This document shows, piece by piece, positions 42,380 to 51,744 of a stretch of 64,000 bases of DNA. The stretch comes from a virus. The notes beneath the pieces were generated by a model, which saw nothing but the letters and a program-made list of their open reading frames with translations, was not told where the DNA came from and did not search any database. Location of the stretch: positions 64,001 to 128,000 of the IMG/VR virus record IMGVR_UViG_3300032053_005343. One strand, written 5' to 3'. Position numbers and translations under genes: made by a program. Positions within the stretch are counted from its first letter, which is position 1. Each line of letters starts with the position of its first letter.

Positions 42380-43009
42380 TTATTCCTTTAAAGAATTAAT
42401 ATTTAACTTATCTTCCATTTCCTTTGTCCAAATTCCATCTACAATCCCAATCTTAATAGCTTCTTCCGGCATTAACCAAGTTGTTTTATTTAACAATTCA
42501 TTAAATTTTTTCCTATTAATTTTAAGTCTGGAAACAAGATCTTTCGTTTTATCTTCCGAATATTTCGTCAAATGTTCTATAGCTGTTTTTTGTGAAAGAA
42601 TTTCATTCTCAGGAAGTGCAACATTAATATTATGAAGAAACATCGTACTATTTTTAGTAATGAAACGACACCCCTTGGTTCCGTAAGCTGTTATCGTAGC
42701 CGCCATACTTGCCGAGGTTCCGCGCACAATGGTATATATAGGAAATGGACTAAGTTCCATAGTATCTATAATTGCATAACCACCACCCAATTCTCCACCG
42801 GCACTATTAATATAAATATATACTGGTAATTTATTAAAAGCGTATGCCTGTAATCTCTGGCAAATATAGTCTGCTTTTTGATCTGTAATTTCTCCTGTGA
42901 GAAGGATGCGACGGGTCTTTATTAACATTTCTTCTAGATCGTTATTTAAATCATTTTCTGCTTGGCAAACTTCGCAATCGCATTCGGGCTCTTCTTTTTT
43001 ATTTTTCAT
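42380..43009 (-). CDS. clpP: ATP-dependent Clp protease proteolytic subunit
   Basis: RRILLTGEI, YINSAGG, SASMAA (catalytic Ser), FLH, EAIKIGIVD. Confidence 0.88.
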   Translation of the reverse strand: MKNKKEEPECDCEVCQAENDLNNDLEEMLIKTRRILLTGEITDQKADYICQRLQAYAFNKLPVYIYINSAGGELGGGYAIIDTMELSPFPIYTIVRGTSASMAATITAYGTKGCRFITKNSTMFLHNINVALPENEILSQKTAIEHLTKYSEDKTKDLVSRLKINRKKFNELLNKTTWLMPEEAIKIGIVDGIWTKEMEDKLNINSLKE

Positions 43010-43069
43010 TTAATTTCTCGGAATTGAAAAAAAAAATGTACATAGGGGTATATTGCCAATGTTTCATAA

Positions 43070-43081
43070 TTAATTATACCA
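43070..43081 (-). promoter_or_regulatory. Extended -10 promoter upstream of clpP and the sigma gene
   Basis: Minus strand TGGTATAAT (TATAAT at 43078-43073). Confidence 0.4.
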
Positions 43082-43226
43082 CAAGAATCATTTAAAAAAT
43101 GAAATTTTTTAGGCTTGCTAGACAAGGATAAGATGTGTGAATCGGGGAGATTCGCGGCATTATTTTTAATGGGCATCATTTTATTCATCCAGCCTTACCT
43201 TTAACCGCAATTTCTTGTCGTGCTAT

Positions 43227-43255
43227 ATTATACATACACATTCGGTTTGTGTCTA
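43227..43255 (-). promoter_or_regulatory. Sigma-70-type promoter
   Basis: Minus strand TAGACA-17 nt-TATAAT in an intergenic gap. Confidence 0.6.
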
Positions 43256-43274
43256 ATTATAATAAAGTATATCT

Positions 43275-43478
43275 TTAATTCATACTATATTTACTGAATC
43301 TAAAATCATTATTAAATAACTTTATCTTTCTTCTCAATCTTTTATTTGTTTCTATCAATTTTCGTATCTTATCAATTAATTGTATTTTTGATAAATCCAA
43401 CATTTCAGTATCTTCTTTTAAATCTTTTACTAATTTTTTAATTTTTTTTCTACTGCATTTAAAGAATTCCTTTTGCAT
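43275..43478 (-). CDS. Small coiled-coil hypothetical protein
   Basis: ORF with upstream AGGA. Confidence 0.5.
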   Translation of the reverse strand: MQKEFFKCSRKKIKKLVKDLKEDTEMLDLSKIQLIDKIRKLIETNKRLRRKIKLFNNDFRFSKYSMN

Positions 43479-43499
43479 ATTATTTTTCCTTAAAATTAT

Positions 43500-44162
43500 T
43501 TAATTTTTTTTTCTTTTCTTGATTGATGTTGTTAAAGCTTTTTCTAGGGGCCATTTAAGAGTATTTATTCTTATTATAATCGCATTGTAGTTTAAATTTT
43601 TTATTTTACAATAGTCTTTTAAACACAATAATTTTCCATTCAATGGAATAACAATATTATTTCTTTTATTTCTATTCTGTTCTTTTCGTGTTGCCCATCT
43701 GCAATTTGATTTATAATACCCTAAATTGTTATTTATTCTTTCAAGTGTTAATCCAGGAGAACATTCTCCCATGTCTTTTAAAAAGTTTTGAAATCCATTT
43801 TTCTTATTTGACCATCTTCTACAAACAGTGATTGGCTGTGTTCTTCCTCCATAGTTTTTATATGATTTATCATTTGGATTTGTGCATCTTTGTATCATGT
43901 GATGATATGCTTCATATGTTTTTGATGCTTTGTTATTTTTGGTATGATTATGTTTTGTTTGAGCCAATTTTATTTTTTCTATCATCAAACATCCACAACT
44001 TTTTGTATTCCCTGTCACAAGGCTATAACGAGGAATTATTTTAATAATACCACAATCACACAAGCACTCGTATAGGATTCGACCTAATTTGTTTTTACCA
44101 TATTCTTTAATGACAGTTAATCTTCCGAATTTTTTACCAATTAAATCTTTAATTTTATTCAT
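43500..44162 (-). mobile_element. Free-standing HNH homing endonuclease (DLTG family)
   Basis: DLIGKKFGRL, SCGC, YGGR, LERINNN. Confidence 0.85.
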
Positions 44163-44982
44163 TTAAAATTCTACGCACCCCCTCGCTTCCATCCTGGAGT
44201 TTAAAAAGTTCCATTTTGTACACAATAAGAGGAAATTCTTGTTGCATTATTTTGAACATTTCAACACTCAAAGATCTTATTTCAGGTTCTACACCTTCTC
44301 CTCCTCTTAGACTCATAAAATATCTAACGGATCTTCCGTTTAAAGTTGTCATGATTTTCGTTTCCGTCGCATTGGGCAACACAGACCTAGCTGCTTGTCT
44401 AGCTGCTTTTCTTTGTTCTGTTTTATTTGGCATATCTTTATACAATTCTGATAATTGGGTTGTTAATATTTCATAAAAATCTCTTGATTTTAAACAAAAT
44501 GTTTTCCATTCTTCTACTACAGATGGATTTATTTTTTCTAATTCTTGAATAGCTTTTGGTATAATAAAACAAACATCCGAAGAGTCTACGTATCTTTGGC
44601 TAAGTTGACTGTATGCGACTCCAATTCTAGTTCTTACGAGTTCGTGAGTTAATGATCTTGACACATTCCAAATTTGGAAATTAAAAGTCGCATGTTCTAA
44701 ACAACTTTCATGTCCTACATCTATTAAATGTTTAAGGTGTTCATCGTGTGTTCTACCTTTTAATTCTTCTCCTTTTTTAGGCCATGATTGGTAGCAATTT
44801 CTTCCGCCGAACTCTATTAGCCAGTTTCCATCGTCGTCGCCGAGATCAATATTCGAGTCAAGTTTTCTTTGAAATTCTGGCCAACACATATTTGAATCTT
44901 CTAAGAATGCCGTTAGACCATCTATATTTATTATGCTTTTTCCAATTAATTTTACTTTTGGTTTAATTATAAAATCATTCAT
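44155..44982 (-). CDS. thyX: Flavin-dependent thymidylate synthase
   Basis: GHESCLEH, SRSLTHELVRTR..YSQLSQRYV, ARSVLPNATETK, EIR. Confidence 0.9.
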   Translation of the reverse strand: MNDFIIKPKVKLIGKSIINIDGLTAFLEDSNMCWPEFQRKLDSNIDLGDDDGNWLIEFGGRNCYQSWPKKGEELKGRTHDEHLKHLIDVGHESCLEHATFNFQIWNVSRSLTHELVRTRIGVAYSQLSQRYVDSSDVCFIIPKAIQELEKINPSVVEEWKTFCLKSRDFYEILTTQLSELYKDMPNKTEQRKAARQAARSVLPNATETKIMTTLNGRSVRYFMSLRGGEGVEPEIRSLSVEMFKIMQQEFPLIVYKMELFKLQDGSEGVRRILNE

Positions 44983-44983
44983 T

Positions 44984-45235
44984 TCAATTATTCTCCTTGG
45001 CGAGTTCTATTTCAAATTCTTGAACATATATATCTTGAAAAATCATATTATTTGGTACTGTATCGCCGCCAAAAAAAGAGGCATTGGCGGATATATTTGG
45101 TGTAAGACTATTTTTAATTGGGCATCTAATTGTATAACCATATCCATCCCTTCCAACAACTTGACACATATGTTGTGGATTTATTTTCATTCTTACCATT
45201 TGTCCTTCAGAATATTTTCCAGATGACCTTCTCAT
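44984..45235 (-). CDS. Small hypothetical protein (SH3-like)
   Basis: In-operon ORF. Confidence 0.5.
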   Translation of the reverse strand: MRRSSGKYSEGQMVRMKINPQHMCQVVGRDGYGYTIRCPIKNSLTPNISANASFFGGDTVPNNMIFQDIYVQEFEIELAKENN

Positions 45236-45295
45236 ATTTTTTCCCTTCAGTCTTCATCAATTTCGTCTTCAACATTAACATCAAATCCTTAGTTT

Positions 45296-45574
45296 TCATT
45301 TAACAAGCTTTTGTAAAAAATCATGAAATAAATAATCCGTATTTGTATTCTTACAAGAATCAATAATTTCTTTGCATTTTTGAATACAGGTGTCTTTTCC
45401 TCTATGGCTCTCAAGAATATCATACAATAATTTTAATATATGTTGAGCGTTTCGAACATTTTCTTTGATCATAAAATGATTAAAACATATCTGACATCGA
45501 GTGTGTTCACCTTCTTTTCTTCCTGGACATTCTAAGCCGGGACGATTTCCACATTCAAAACATATATTATTCAT
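45296..45574 (-). CDS. Small Cys-rich hypothetical protein
   Basis: CFEC..C..CQIC. Confidence 0.5.
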   Translation of the reverse strand: MNNICFECGNRPGLECPGRKEGEHTRCQICFNHFMIKENVRNAQHILKLLYDILESHRGKDTCIQKCKEIIDSCKNTNTDYLFHDFLQKLVK

Positions 45575-46133
45575 TTTTTAAAACCTCCCACAAATGAACG
45601 TTAAACCACGCATCAAACAAAGCATGATGCGCACCAAGTTTGTATATTTCTGGTTTCATAGACTTAAATACGTTGATAGCTTGCGCGGTTTTTTCTTTTT
45701 TGAAATCTACAAAATACAATTTTGAAAATTGCGACATATACATCATTACAGAATTTAAATCTAATGAACGATAATCAAATAATTCTATTGTTCCTGGTGA
45801 ATTTACCGATTGCGATAATTTTTTAATAAATTGTAAATCAAAAGATCCAACATTTAAACCCATAACTATTATTGGTTTATGATTGTATTGTCTTATTAAC
45901 CAAGTATTAAAATCACAAATTGCAATATATGGCTCTGATCGTTGAACATTTTCAATTTTACTAAAATCAATTTTTAAAAATGCTTGAGTTTTTGTGGATA
46001 CAAATAAATCTTTATAATATATTTCCCTATAAAATTCATCGTCGTCTATTAGATTAACTGCACCAATAGATATAACATTGTGTTTGTCTGGATCTAATCC
46101 GGTCGTTTCTATATCCAAAGATATTATATTCAT
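45567..46133 (-). CDS. DEDDh 3'-5' exonuclease (DnaQ-like)
   Basis: LDIETTGL, NVGSFD, HHALFDA. Confidence 0.85.
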   Translation of the reverse strand: MNIISLDIETTGLDPDKHNVISIGAVNLIDDDEFYREIYYKDLFVSTKTQAFLKIDFSKIENVQRSEPYIAICDFNTWLIRQYNHKPIIVMGLNVGSFDLQFIKKLSQSVNSPGTIELFDYRSLDLNSVMMYMSQFSKLYFVDFKKEKTAQAINVFKSMKPEIYKLGAHHALFDAWFNVHLWEVLKNE

Positions 46134-46169
46134 TTAAAAATTCCTTTTATTGTCCAATTTATTTCATTT

Positions 46170-46562
46170 TTAGTGTTGTGAGTCACTTATTTCAACCATT
46201 ATCTTTTCAAATTCTAAATTAAATATCGCCTTGCCGCACAAGATATGCCTATCGCTGACATTAGATATCGTATCATTGAGATTGATCGTAATTTTTCCAT
46301 CTGAATCTTTTTGAAAAGTTTGACAAGTAAGATAACCATCTTTAATTTCTTTTACATATATATACAACCACCAATAATCTTTTTCTTCTTGTGGACACGA
46401 ATAACAATTCTTATATTTATAACATTTTCCAACAAATTCTTTTAAAGCTTTCTCTTTTTTAAGTTCTTCTCGTTTGTGTATTTCGTCCCAACAAATTTTA
46501 TAAATCTTTTCTAATTGAATGGGTGTCATATTTTCTGGCTTTTTAAGCAACAATTTGTTCAT
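46170..46562 (-). CDS. Hypothetical protein
   Basis: In-operon ORF. Confidence 0.55.
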   Translation of the reverse strand: MNKLLLKKPENMTPIQLEKIYKICWDEIHKREELKKEKALKEFVGKCYKYKNCYSCPQEEKDYWWLYIYVKEIKDGYLTCQTFQKDSDGKITINLNDTISNVSDRHILCGKAIFNLEFEKIMVEISDSQH

Positions 46563-47307
46563 CTAATTTTCCTTTAAACTTAAATAATTTTTCTTTTCTA
46601 TCAGCTTTTCCTCCGGTGATAGTATTCATACAAGTTTTTCTTTCTATTTGCCAAACACATTCGAAATCTTCTGGAGCTTGATATTCCGATATATATATAT
46701 CATGCTTGTCCGAAAATTCTCTTATAATATTCCAAAATCGAACATGGTCAAATTTAGATTTATATCCCGTTGTTTCCATATATGGCGGATCACAATAAAC
46801 AAAACACCCCAAAGGAAGAGTTCTTAACAAATCTTCATAATCCCTAGAATAAAATTTAACATCTTTTATAGTTTGTAAAAGTCTTATAGTACTATTGCGA
46901 GCGCCTTTAATAAAATCATATCCGCTCTTTGGATCACGAGCATATCCTCCCCAACCCTTTCCACCGAATGAACAAAAATACATAGCAAAACCTATTTCTC
47001 CGTTACACACTGTTTCTTTATATAATTGTTTTAACTCCTTATATCTTTCTTCTGATAATATTTCTGGAGGTAGCCATCCATCTTGTAACTGGCGATAGAA
47101 GGTTATTAGGTAAGGACAAAGATCAGATCCTATTCTTGGGCCATCTATTAAAGAAATAATAGCGCCACCTCCAACAAAAGGTTCAACATATATTTGCCCA
47201 GGCTTGCGAACCGATTTTAAAAAGGCTGTTAATTGTTTTGCTATTCTTACTTTTCCACCTAAATATCTCATCTTATTAATATCCTCTTGGTAGAAACCAA
47301 ACTTCAT
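46543..47307 (-). CDS. DNA adenine methyltransferase (Dam/D12 class); real start probably MRYLGGK
   Basis: YLGGK, YVEPFVGGG, YCDPPY. Confidence 0.88.
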   Translation of the reverse strand: MKFGFYQEDINKMRYLGGKVRIAKQLTAFLKSVRKPGQIYVEPFVGGGAIISLIDGPRIGSDLCPYLITFYRQLQDGWLPPEILSEERYKELKQLYKETVCNGEIGFAMYFCSFGGKGWGGYARDPKSGYDFIKGARNSTIRLLQTIKDVKFYSRDYEDLLRTLPLGCFVYCDPPYMETTGYKSKFDHVRFWNIIREFSDKHDIYISEYQAPEDFECVWQIERKTCMNTITGGKADRKEKLFKFKGKLDEQIVA

Positions 47308-47527
47308 TATATATCATTCTTTGTCCATCTTGGAGTTTTTCAATACCCTTAAAAAGAATACCATCGGCAGAAATAATAATGTCTAAAATATCCATTTCTA
47401 GTGTAAGACTATCTCCTGTAAAACAATATAATTTTTTATCATTACAACAAATATATCCTATATTTTTATTAGGATTTTTTATTTGCAAACCATCTATAGT
47501 TCTTTGAATGTAAAAATCTCCACGCAT
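47276..47527 (-). CDS. Hypothetical protein
   Basis: ORF with GGAGAGG upstream. Confidence 0.5.
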   Translation of the reverse strand: MRGDFYIQRTIDGLQIKNPNKNIGYICCNDKKLYCFTGDSLTLEMDILDIIISADGILFKGIEKLQDGQRMIYNEVWFLPRGY

Positions 47528-47581
47528 TTATCCTCTCCCACACACGTAATTAGATACTGGTCCCTTTGGGCCTCCAACATT

Positions 47582-47920
47582 TCATAAAATTATCTTTCTT
47601 TTATTGGATTTTACTTTAATAGGTTTGTTTTTAATTAATGGTTTAAAATATCCATATTGCTGTTGAACTATGTCGTTAAATTCTTCTATCCAATCAACAC
47701 CATCAACATTTTCTGTCCATCTTACTTTTACTCCACAAATAGTAATATCACCAAAAAAATCTCTTACTGGCGAACACACATCTATTGTAAAAGAATTATG
47801 AAACATTTCAAGAAATTCTCTTCTTTTTTCTTTTGATATAAAAATAACGTTTGGGTATTTACCATGCTTTGTTCTAAACTCATACATTGTTTTTCTTATG
47901 TCGTCAACATTATTAAACAT
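47582..47920 (-). CDS. Hypothetical protein ending RKIIL
   Basis: In-operon ORF. Confidence 0.55.
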   Translation of the reverse strand: MFNNVDDIRKTMYEFRTKHGKYPNVIFISKEKRREFLEMFHNSFTIDVCSPVRDFFGDITICGVKVRWTENVDGVDWIEEFNDIVQQQYGYFKPLIKNKPIKVKSNKRKIIL

Positions 47921-49322
47921 TTATTTTATATCCAATTTGTGAATTTTTAAACTCTCCGGGACTAATAATTTTTAATTGGTCCAAAATTCTTTGTCGTAGA
48001 GAAATAGATAAATTCATAATCAACTCAAGTTCCTCGTTTAAGATAGTTTCAATTGTTCTATGAGGAAAAATAATTTTCAATAAACCTGACGCCAATTTTG
48101 TTAGAGCAATTTGATTTCTAAATCCTGTTTCTAAAAATTGAATCTTGGAATTAAGAACATAAGAATAATTCTTATCTCTCAATCTGTGAAAAATTTCAGA
48201 AAGATAGTCTGATGCAAACGCGTAATCTTGGGACAAAGAAGAAACAGAAATTTGTGGTAGTTTCCATCCAGGCAAGTATCCATGAAAACGATCCAAGAAA
48301 GCTCTGTCGTTTCTTATTTTTATAGGTAGCGGAACAAATAAATGTTGATACGTATTTTTAGGTTCATAGATTTTAAGATCACAATCAATATTACCTAAAA
48401 GTATGACTCCACAAGATGATGATAACTCCGTTTTGTCTCTCGAAAATTTTCCAGAATTTAAATAATCCTTGAGGGTATTGATTAATTCTTCGTTATTGAA
48501 CGATACGGAAGAAATTTCATCAAAAGCAAGAAAATCTTTATAACAGATTACGCCCGGAGATCTCCTTAGTTTATTATAAAAAAGACTCGCAATAGTAGGG
48601 TTGCTGCCCGATAAAACAAGACCGTATTGACTTAGGTTTCTAAAAAAATGAGTCTTGCTAGTGGCAACTGGCCCCAACTCAATTAAATTAACATTAGATT
48701 CTACAAATAAGATGAGACGACAAATATACAGTAGTTTTTGTTCTTGTGTTAGTCTTTCGGGATTAAAACCTATACTATTAATTAATAAATCAATCCATTC
48801 TTCTGTAGAAAACAATTTTCTTTTTTCAATATATTCATCCAAATTAATTTGAGTTATACTTAAAGGAACAAAGTCTATTATGACAAAAGGATAATTTTTC
48901 TTTTTTATTAGAGTGTTCGGATCATATGCAACAACTATATTTCCAAAACAACCCTCGGACAATAATTTGTCACCAAATTTTTCAAGCACGGTTCTATGTA
49001 TTCTAATATTATTATCTTCTAAAGAACTAATAGTTGCGAAATAGTCGTCTTTATTTTGGTCAAGTCGAACCTGGAGATGTCCCAAAAGATTATATCTTCC
49101 GATTTCTTTTATTCTAGATTTGATTAATTCTTTTTTAGAAGATTCTGCATAATTTTCTTCTAAGAGTTTTTGTATTTTCAATATACCTGTCTGTGGATTT
49201 TCGGAATCAACAAGTTGAGAAACAAGATAATCCGAAACAAAACTCGGAATTTGTCCAAACTTAACAGATATTTTTTTATCAATAATATATTCTTTTGGGA
49301 AGATTTCTAATATTTTATTCAT
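47913..49322 (-). CDS. BrxL-related MCM-type AAA+ ATPase lacking the Lon protease domain (TIGR02688-like)
   Basis: IPSFVSDYL, FSTEEWIDLLINSIG, NLIELGP, AFDEI, LKDYL.SGKFSR, AFLDRFHGYLPGW, DYLSEIFH. Confidence 0.8.
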   Translation of the reverse strand: MNKILEIFPKEYIIDKKISVKFGQIPSFVSDYLVSQLVDSENPQTGILKIQKLLEENYAESSKKELIKSRIKEIGRYNLLGHLQVRLDQNKDDYFATISSLEDNNIRIHRTVLEKFGDKLLSEGCFGNIVVAYDPNTLIKKKNYPFVIIDFVPLSITQINLDEYIEKRKLFSTEEWIDLLINSIGFNPERLTQEQKLLYICRLILFVESNVNLIELGPVATSKTHFFRNLSQYGLVLSGSNPTIASLFYNKLRRSPGVICYKDFLAFDEISSVSFNNEELINTLKDYLNSGKFSRDKTELSSSCGVILLGNIDCDLKIYEPKNTYQHLFVPLPIKIRNDRAFLDRFHGYLPGWKLPQISVSSLSQDYAFASDYLSEIFHRLRDKNYSYVLNSKIQFLETGFRNQIALTKLASGLLKIIFPHRTIETILNEELELIMNLSISLRQRILDQLKIISPGEFKNSQIGYKINV

Positions 49323-49809
49323 TTACATCTCCCCAATTTTTACCAGTTCTAATTTTAGAAATTGTTGATGGTGTTACTTTATATTTTTTTGCCAATTCCG
49401 TTCCTTTTAATTCCGATTTTTTTATTTCTATAACTTGAAATATTTTTAATTTATAATTACCAAAAGAAACCTTATGTTTAGTTCTATCTTGCGAATTTTC
49501 TTTTGGTGTTCCCCAACATAAGTTATCTAATCTATTATTTAATTTATATCCATCAATATGTCTACATTGCATTCCTAAAGGGCAAATACCAACAAATGTT
49601 TCTAAAACCAATCTGTGAACGGTATGTGATTTAATTTTACAATTTTTACTTAAATGAACAAATAAATATCCATATCTATCCTTACAAAGTTTTAAAATTT
49701 TAAACGGCTTAGCTTTATAATATTTATATAATCTTTTTATTTTTCCAAAATTTGAGGCTTCATATAATCCCCCGTATTTCGGAATATCTTTCCAAATCTC
49801 TTCTTCCAT
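49315..49809 (-). mobile_element. NUMOD4-HNH homing endonuclease
   Basis: EIWKDIPKYGGLYEASNFG, VHRLVLETF, NNRLDNLCW. Confidence 0.85.
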
Positions 49810-49820
49810 TAATTAATCTT

Positions 49821-50168
49821 TCAAAAATTTAAAATATTATTTCTAGCCAATGAATTGGAATCACCATCTATTATACGAGAATTCGGCGCAAAATTTTCTT
49901 CGTTTGCCCGACAAGAAATTATAGGAATATTGCCGTTCTGTAGACAATTAAAGTGTATGTAGAGTTCTTTTTGATCGTTTTCATACTCTAATCGCGCAAT
50001 CGTTTCATCGTGTTGTATTCTTTTTATTAATATTATTTTCGCTATTTTAGAGTCCTTAGAAATTTTATTTTTACAAATACAGCAAATTAAATTCATATAA
50101 ATTCTTGTCTCGCAAATCGGCATGTGAAGAGATATGATTTCATTGACTTTTGGTAGATAATAAAACAT
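49821..50168 (-). CDS. Hypothetical zinc-binding protein
   Basis: CCIC...HFNC. Confidence 0.5.
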   Translation of the reverse strand: MFYYLPKVNEIISLHMPICETRIYMNLICCICKNKISKDSKIAKIILIKRIQHDETIARLEYENDQKELYIHFNCLQNGNIPIISCRANEENFAPNSRIIDGDSNSLARNNILNF

Positions 50169-50302
50169 AAACTACTATCTGTATAGTTCGTTTTCGTACT
50201 TTTGTTTCACAGAAAATTTGAGAATTCGTTAACCCTATATTTTATAACTATTTATGAATGAAAATTTTTTTGAGGAAGAGATTTGTGATTTAAATATTTA
50301 CT

Positions 50303-50824
50303 TTATTTTTTTAATCTAGGTTTAAATTTTCTTCTATTATTTGATTGCTCTTTCATCGTAGACCACTTACAATTTTCTTTGTAATAACCTTCGCTATTGT
50401 TTATTCTATCAATTGAATATTCTTTTCCAGGTCTTTCTCCCATATCTTCTAAGAAATTCTGAAATGATCCACCCATTTTAATATTCCATCTATCACAAAC
50501 GGTAATTCCGCGACCTCCGTAGTCTTGATGTCTTTTATAATTTGGATTATTGCATCTATTGAGCATATTAGTCCATGATCTATGTGTTATTGATTCTTTC
50601 CCAACCCTGCTGTGTCCGTGCTTTGTTGCATTTTTAATTTCTTTAAACAAACACCCACAACTTTGTGTTCGTCCAACGAGAAGACTATTTCCAATAATTG
50701 TTTTAATGTTTCCACAATTGCATTTACAAGACCACAGATATTGTCCATGTCTATTTTTACCCGATAGACCTATAACTAAAAGTCTTCCAAATTTTTGTCC
50801 AATTAAATCAATGAATTTTCCCAT
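50303..50824 (-). mobile_element. Free-standing HNH homing endonuclease (DLTG family, no C-terminal HTH)
   Basis: DLIGQKFGRL, SCGC, YGGRGITVCDRW, IDRINN. Confidence 0.85.
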
Positions 50825-50870
50825 ACTATATTATACTATTTTTTATCAGATTTTTAATTAAATTTTTACT

Positions 50871-51038
50871 TTATTTTTCAACAATATCTGTTAGAGGAAC
50901 TAAAACATTGGCTCGGATATCAAGAATATTAACTAGGGCTTCCGAATCAAAGATTTCAAGAATTATTCCATCCGAACAGACACGTCCCCATTCTAGATCG
51001 TCTATGTCTACGTGAACAACGTCGTCTACCATCATCAT
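50871..51038 (-). CDS. Small acidic protein (55 aa, not in ORF track)
   Basis: Manual translation MMMVDDVVHVDIDDLEWGRVCSDG...; AGGAGA Shine-Dalgarno. Confidence 0.6.
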   Translation of the reverse strand: MMMVDDVVHVDIDDLEWGRVCSDGIILEIFDSEALVNILDIRANVLVPLTDIVEK

Positions 51039-51114
51039 TAGGTTTTCTCCTTTTAAAATCGGCTAGAGGTCTGTAAAAATCAATTTGGGTATACTTTAGG
51101 TGGTGAGTTTGGGC

Positions 51115-51744
51115 TTATTTTGTTCCATGTTTGAAATAGTAATGGCCGGTTTTAAATCCATTCATACTCTTTTTATTTTTTCCATTAATTTGGAATAATA
51201 AATAAAGATTAGGGTCTAATATTTTTAGCCACTTTCTTAAAGTAGGATCAGATATTTTAATAGTTTTTGATATTTCATACAAACTTTTATTTTCTTTTAC
51301 TAATACTCTAAGATTAGTCAATATATTTTTTATTATATTTTGTTTTGTCATATTTTGTAAGAATTTTTCACTCTTGCGAGTTAAACTCATTATTTGTCTT
51401 GTCTTTAATGAATGCTTCCTACCCGCCATCAACGCAAATGGATTTGTTGCAATATTAAAACCTATTTTGCCGTTACAACAATTAGTATTATCTAACCAGC
51501 ACTTTTCTTTTAGTAATAGTTGATTTGTATCGTTAATAGTTTCAATTATCTCAAATTTAAAATTTTTCTCCCCGTATTTATTCCAGCAATTTTGTAAATA
51601 TTTGTTGGGATGTTTATTGTGTTTCAAGAAACTAACATGATTCATTAATCTTTTATTTATATCAATAGTACTTCCTATATAGAATTTATTATTATTCAAA
51701 CACGTTATTTTATAAATACAGGAAGTTTTATTCTTCTTCGTCAT
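51115..51744 (-). mobile_element. GIY-YIG homing endonuclease
   Basis: CIYKITC..FYIGST; GRKHSLKTR (NUMOD3); C-terminal HTH. Confidence 0.82.

Noticed and set aside
43006-43188. 60-aa ORF upstream of clpP
   Set aside because: It overlaps promoter-like and structured sequence and a long T run and has no motif; more likely non-coding.
47552-47566. Small GC hairpin as a terminator
   Set aside because: Imperfect on the coding strand and lacks a U tract.
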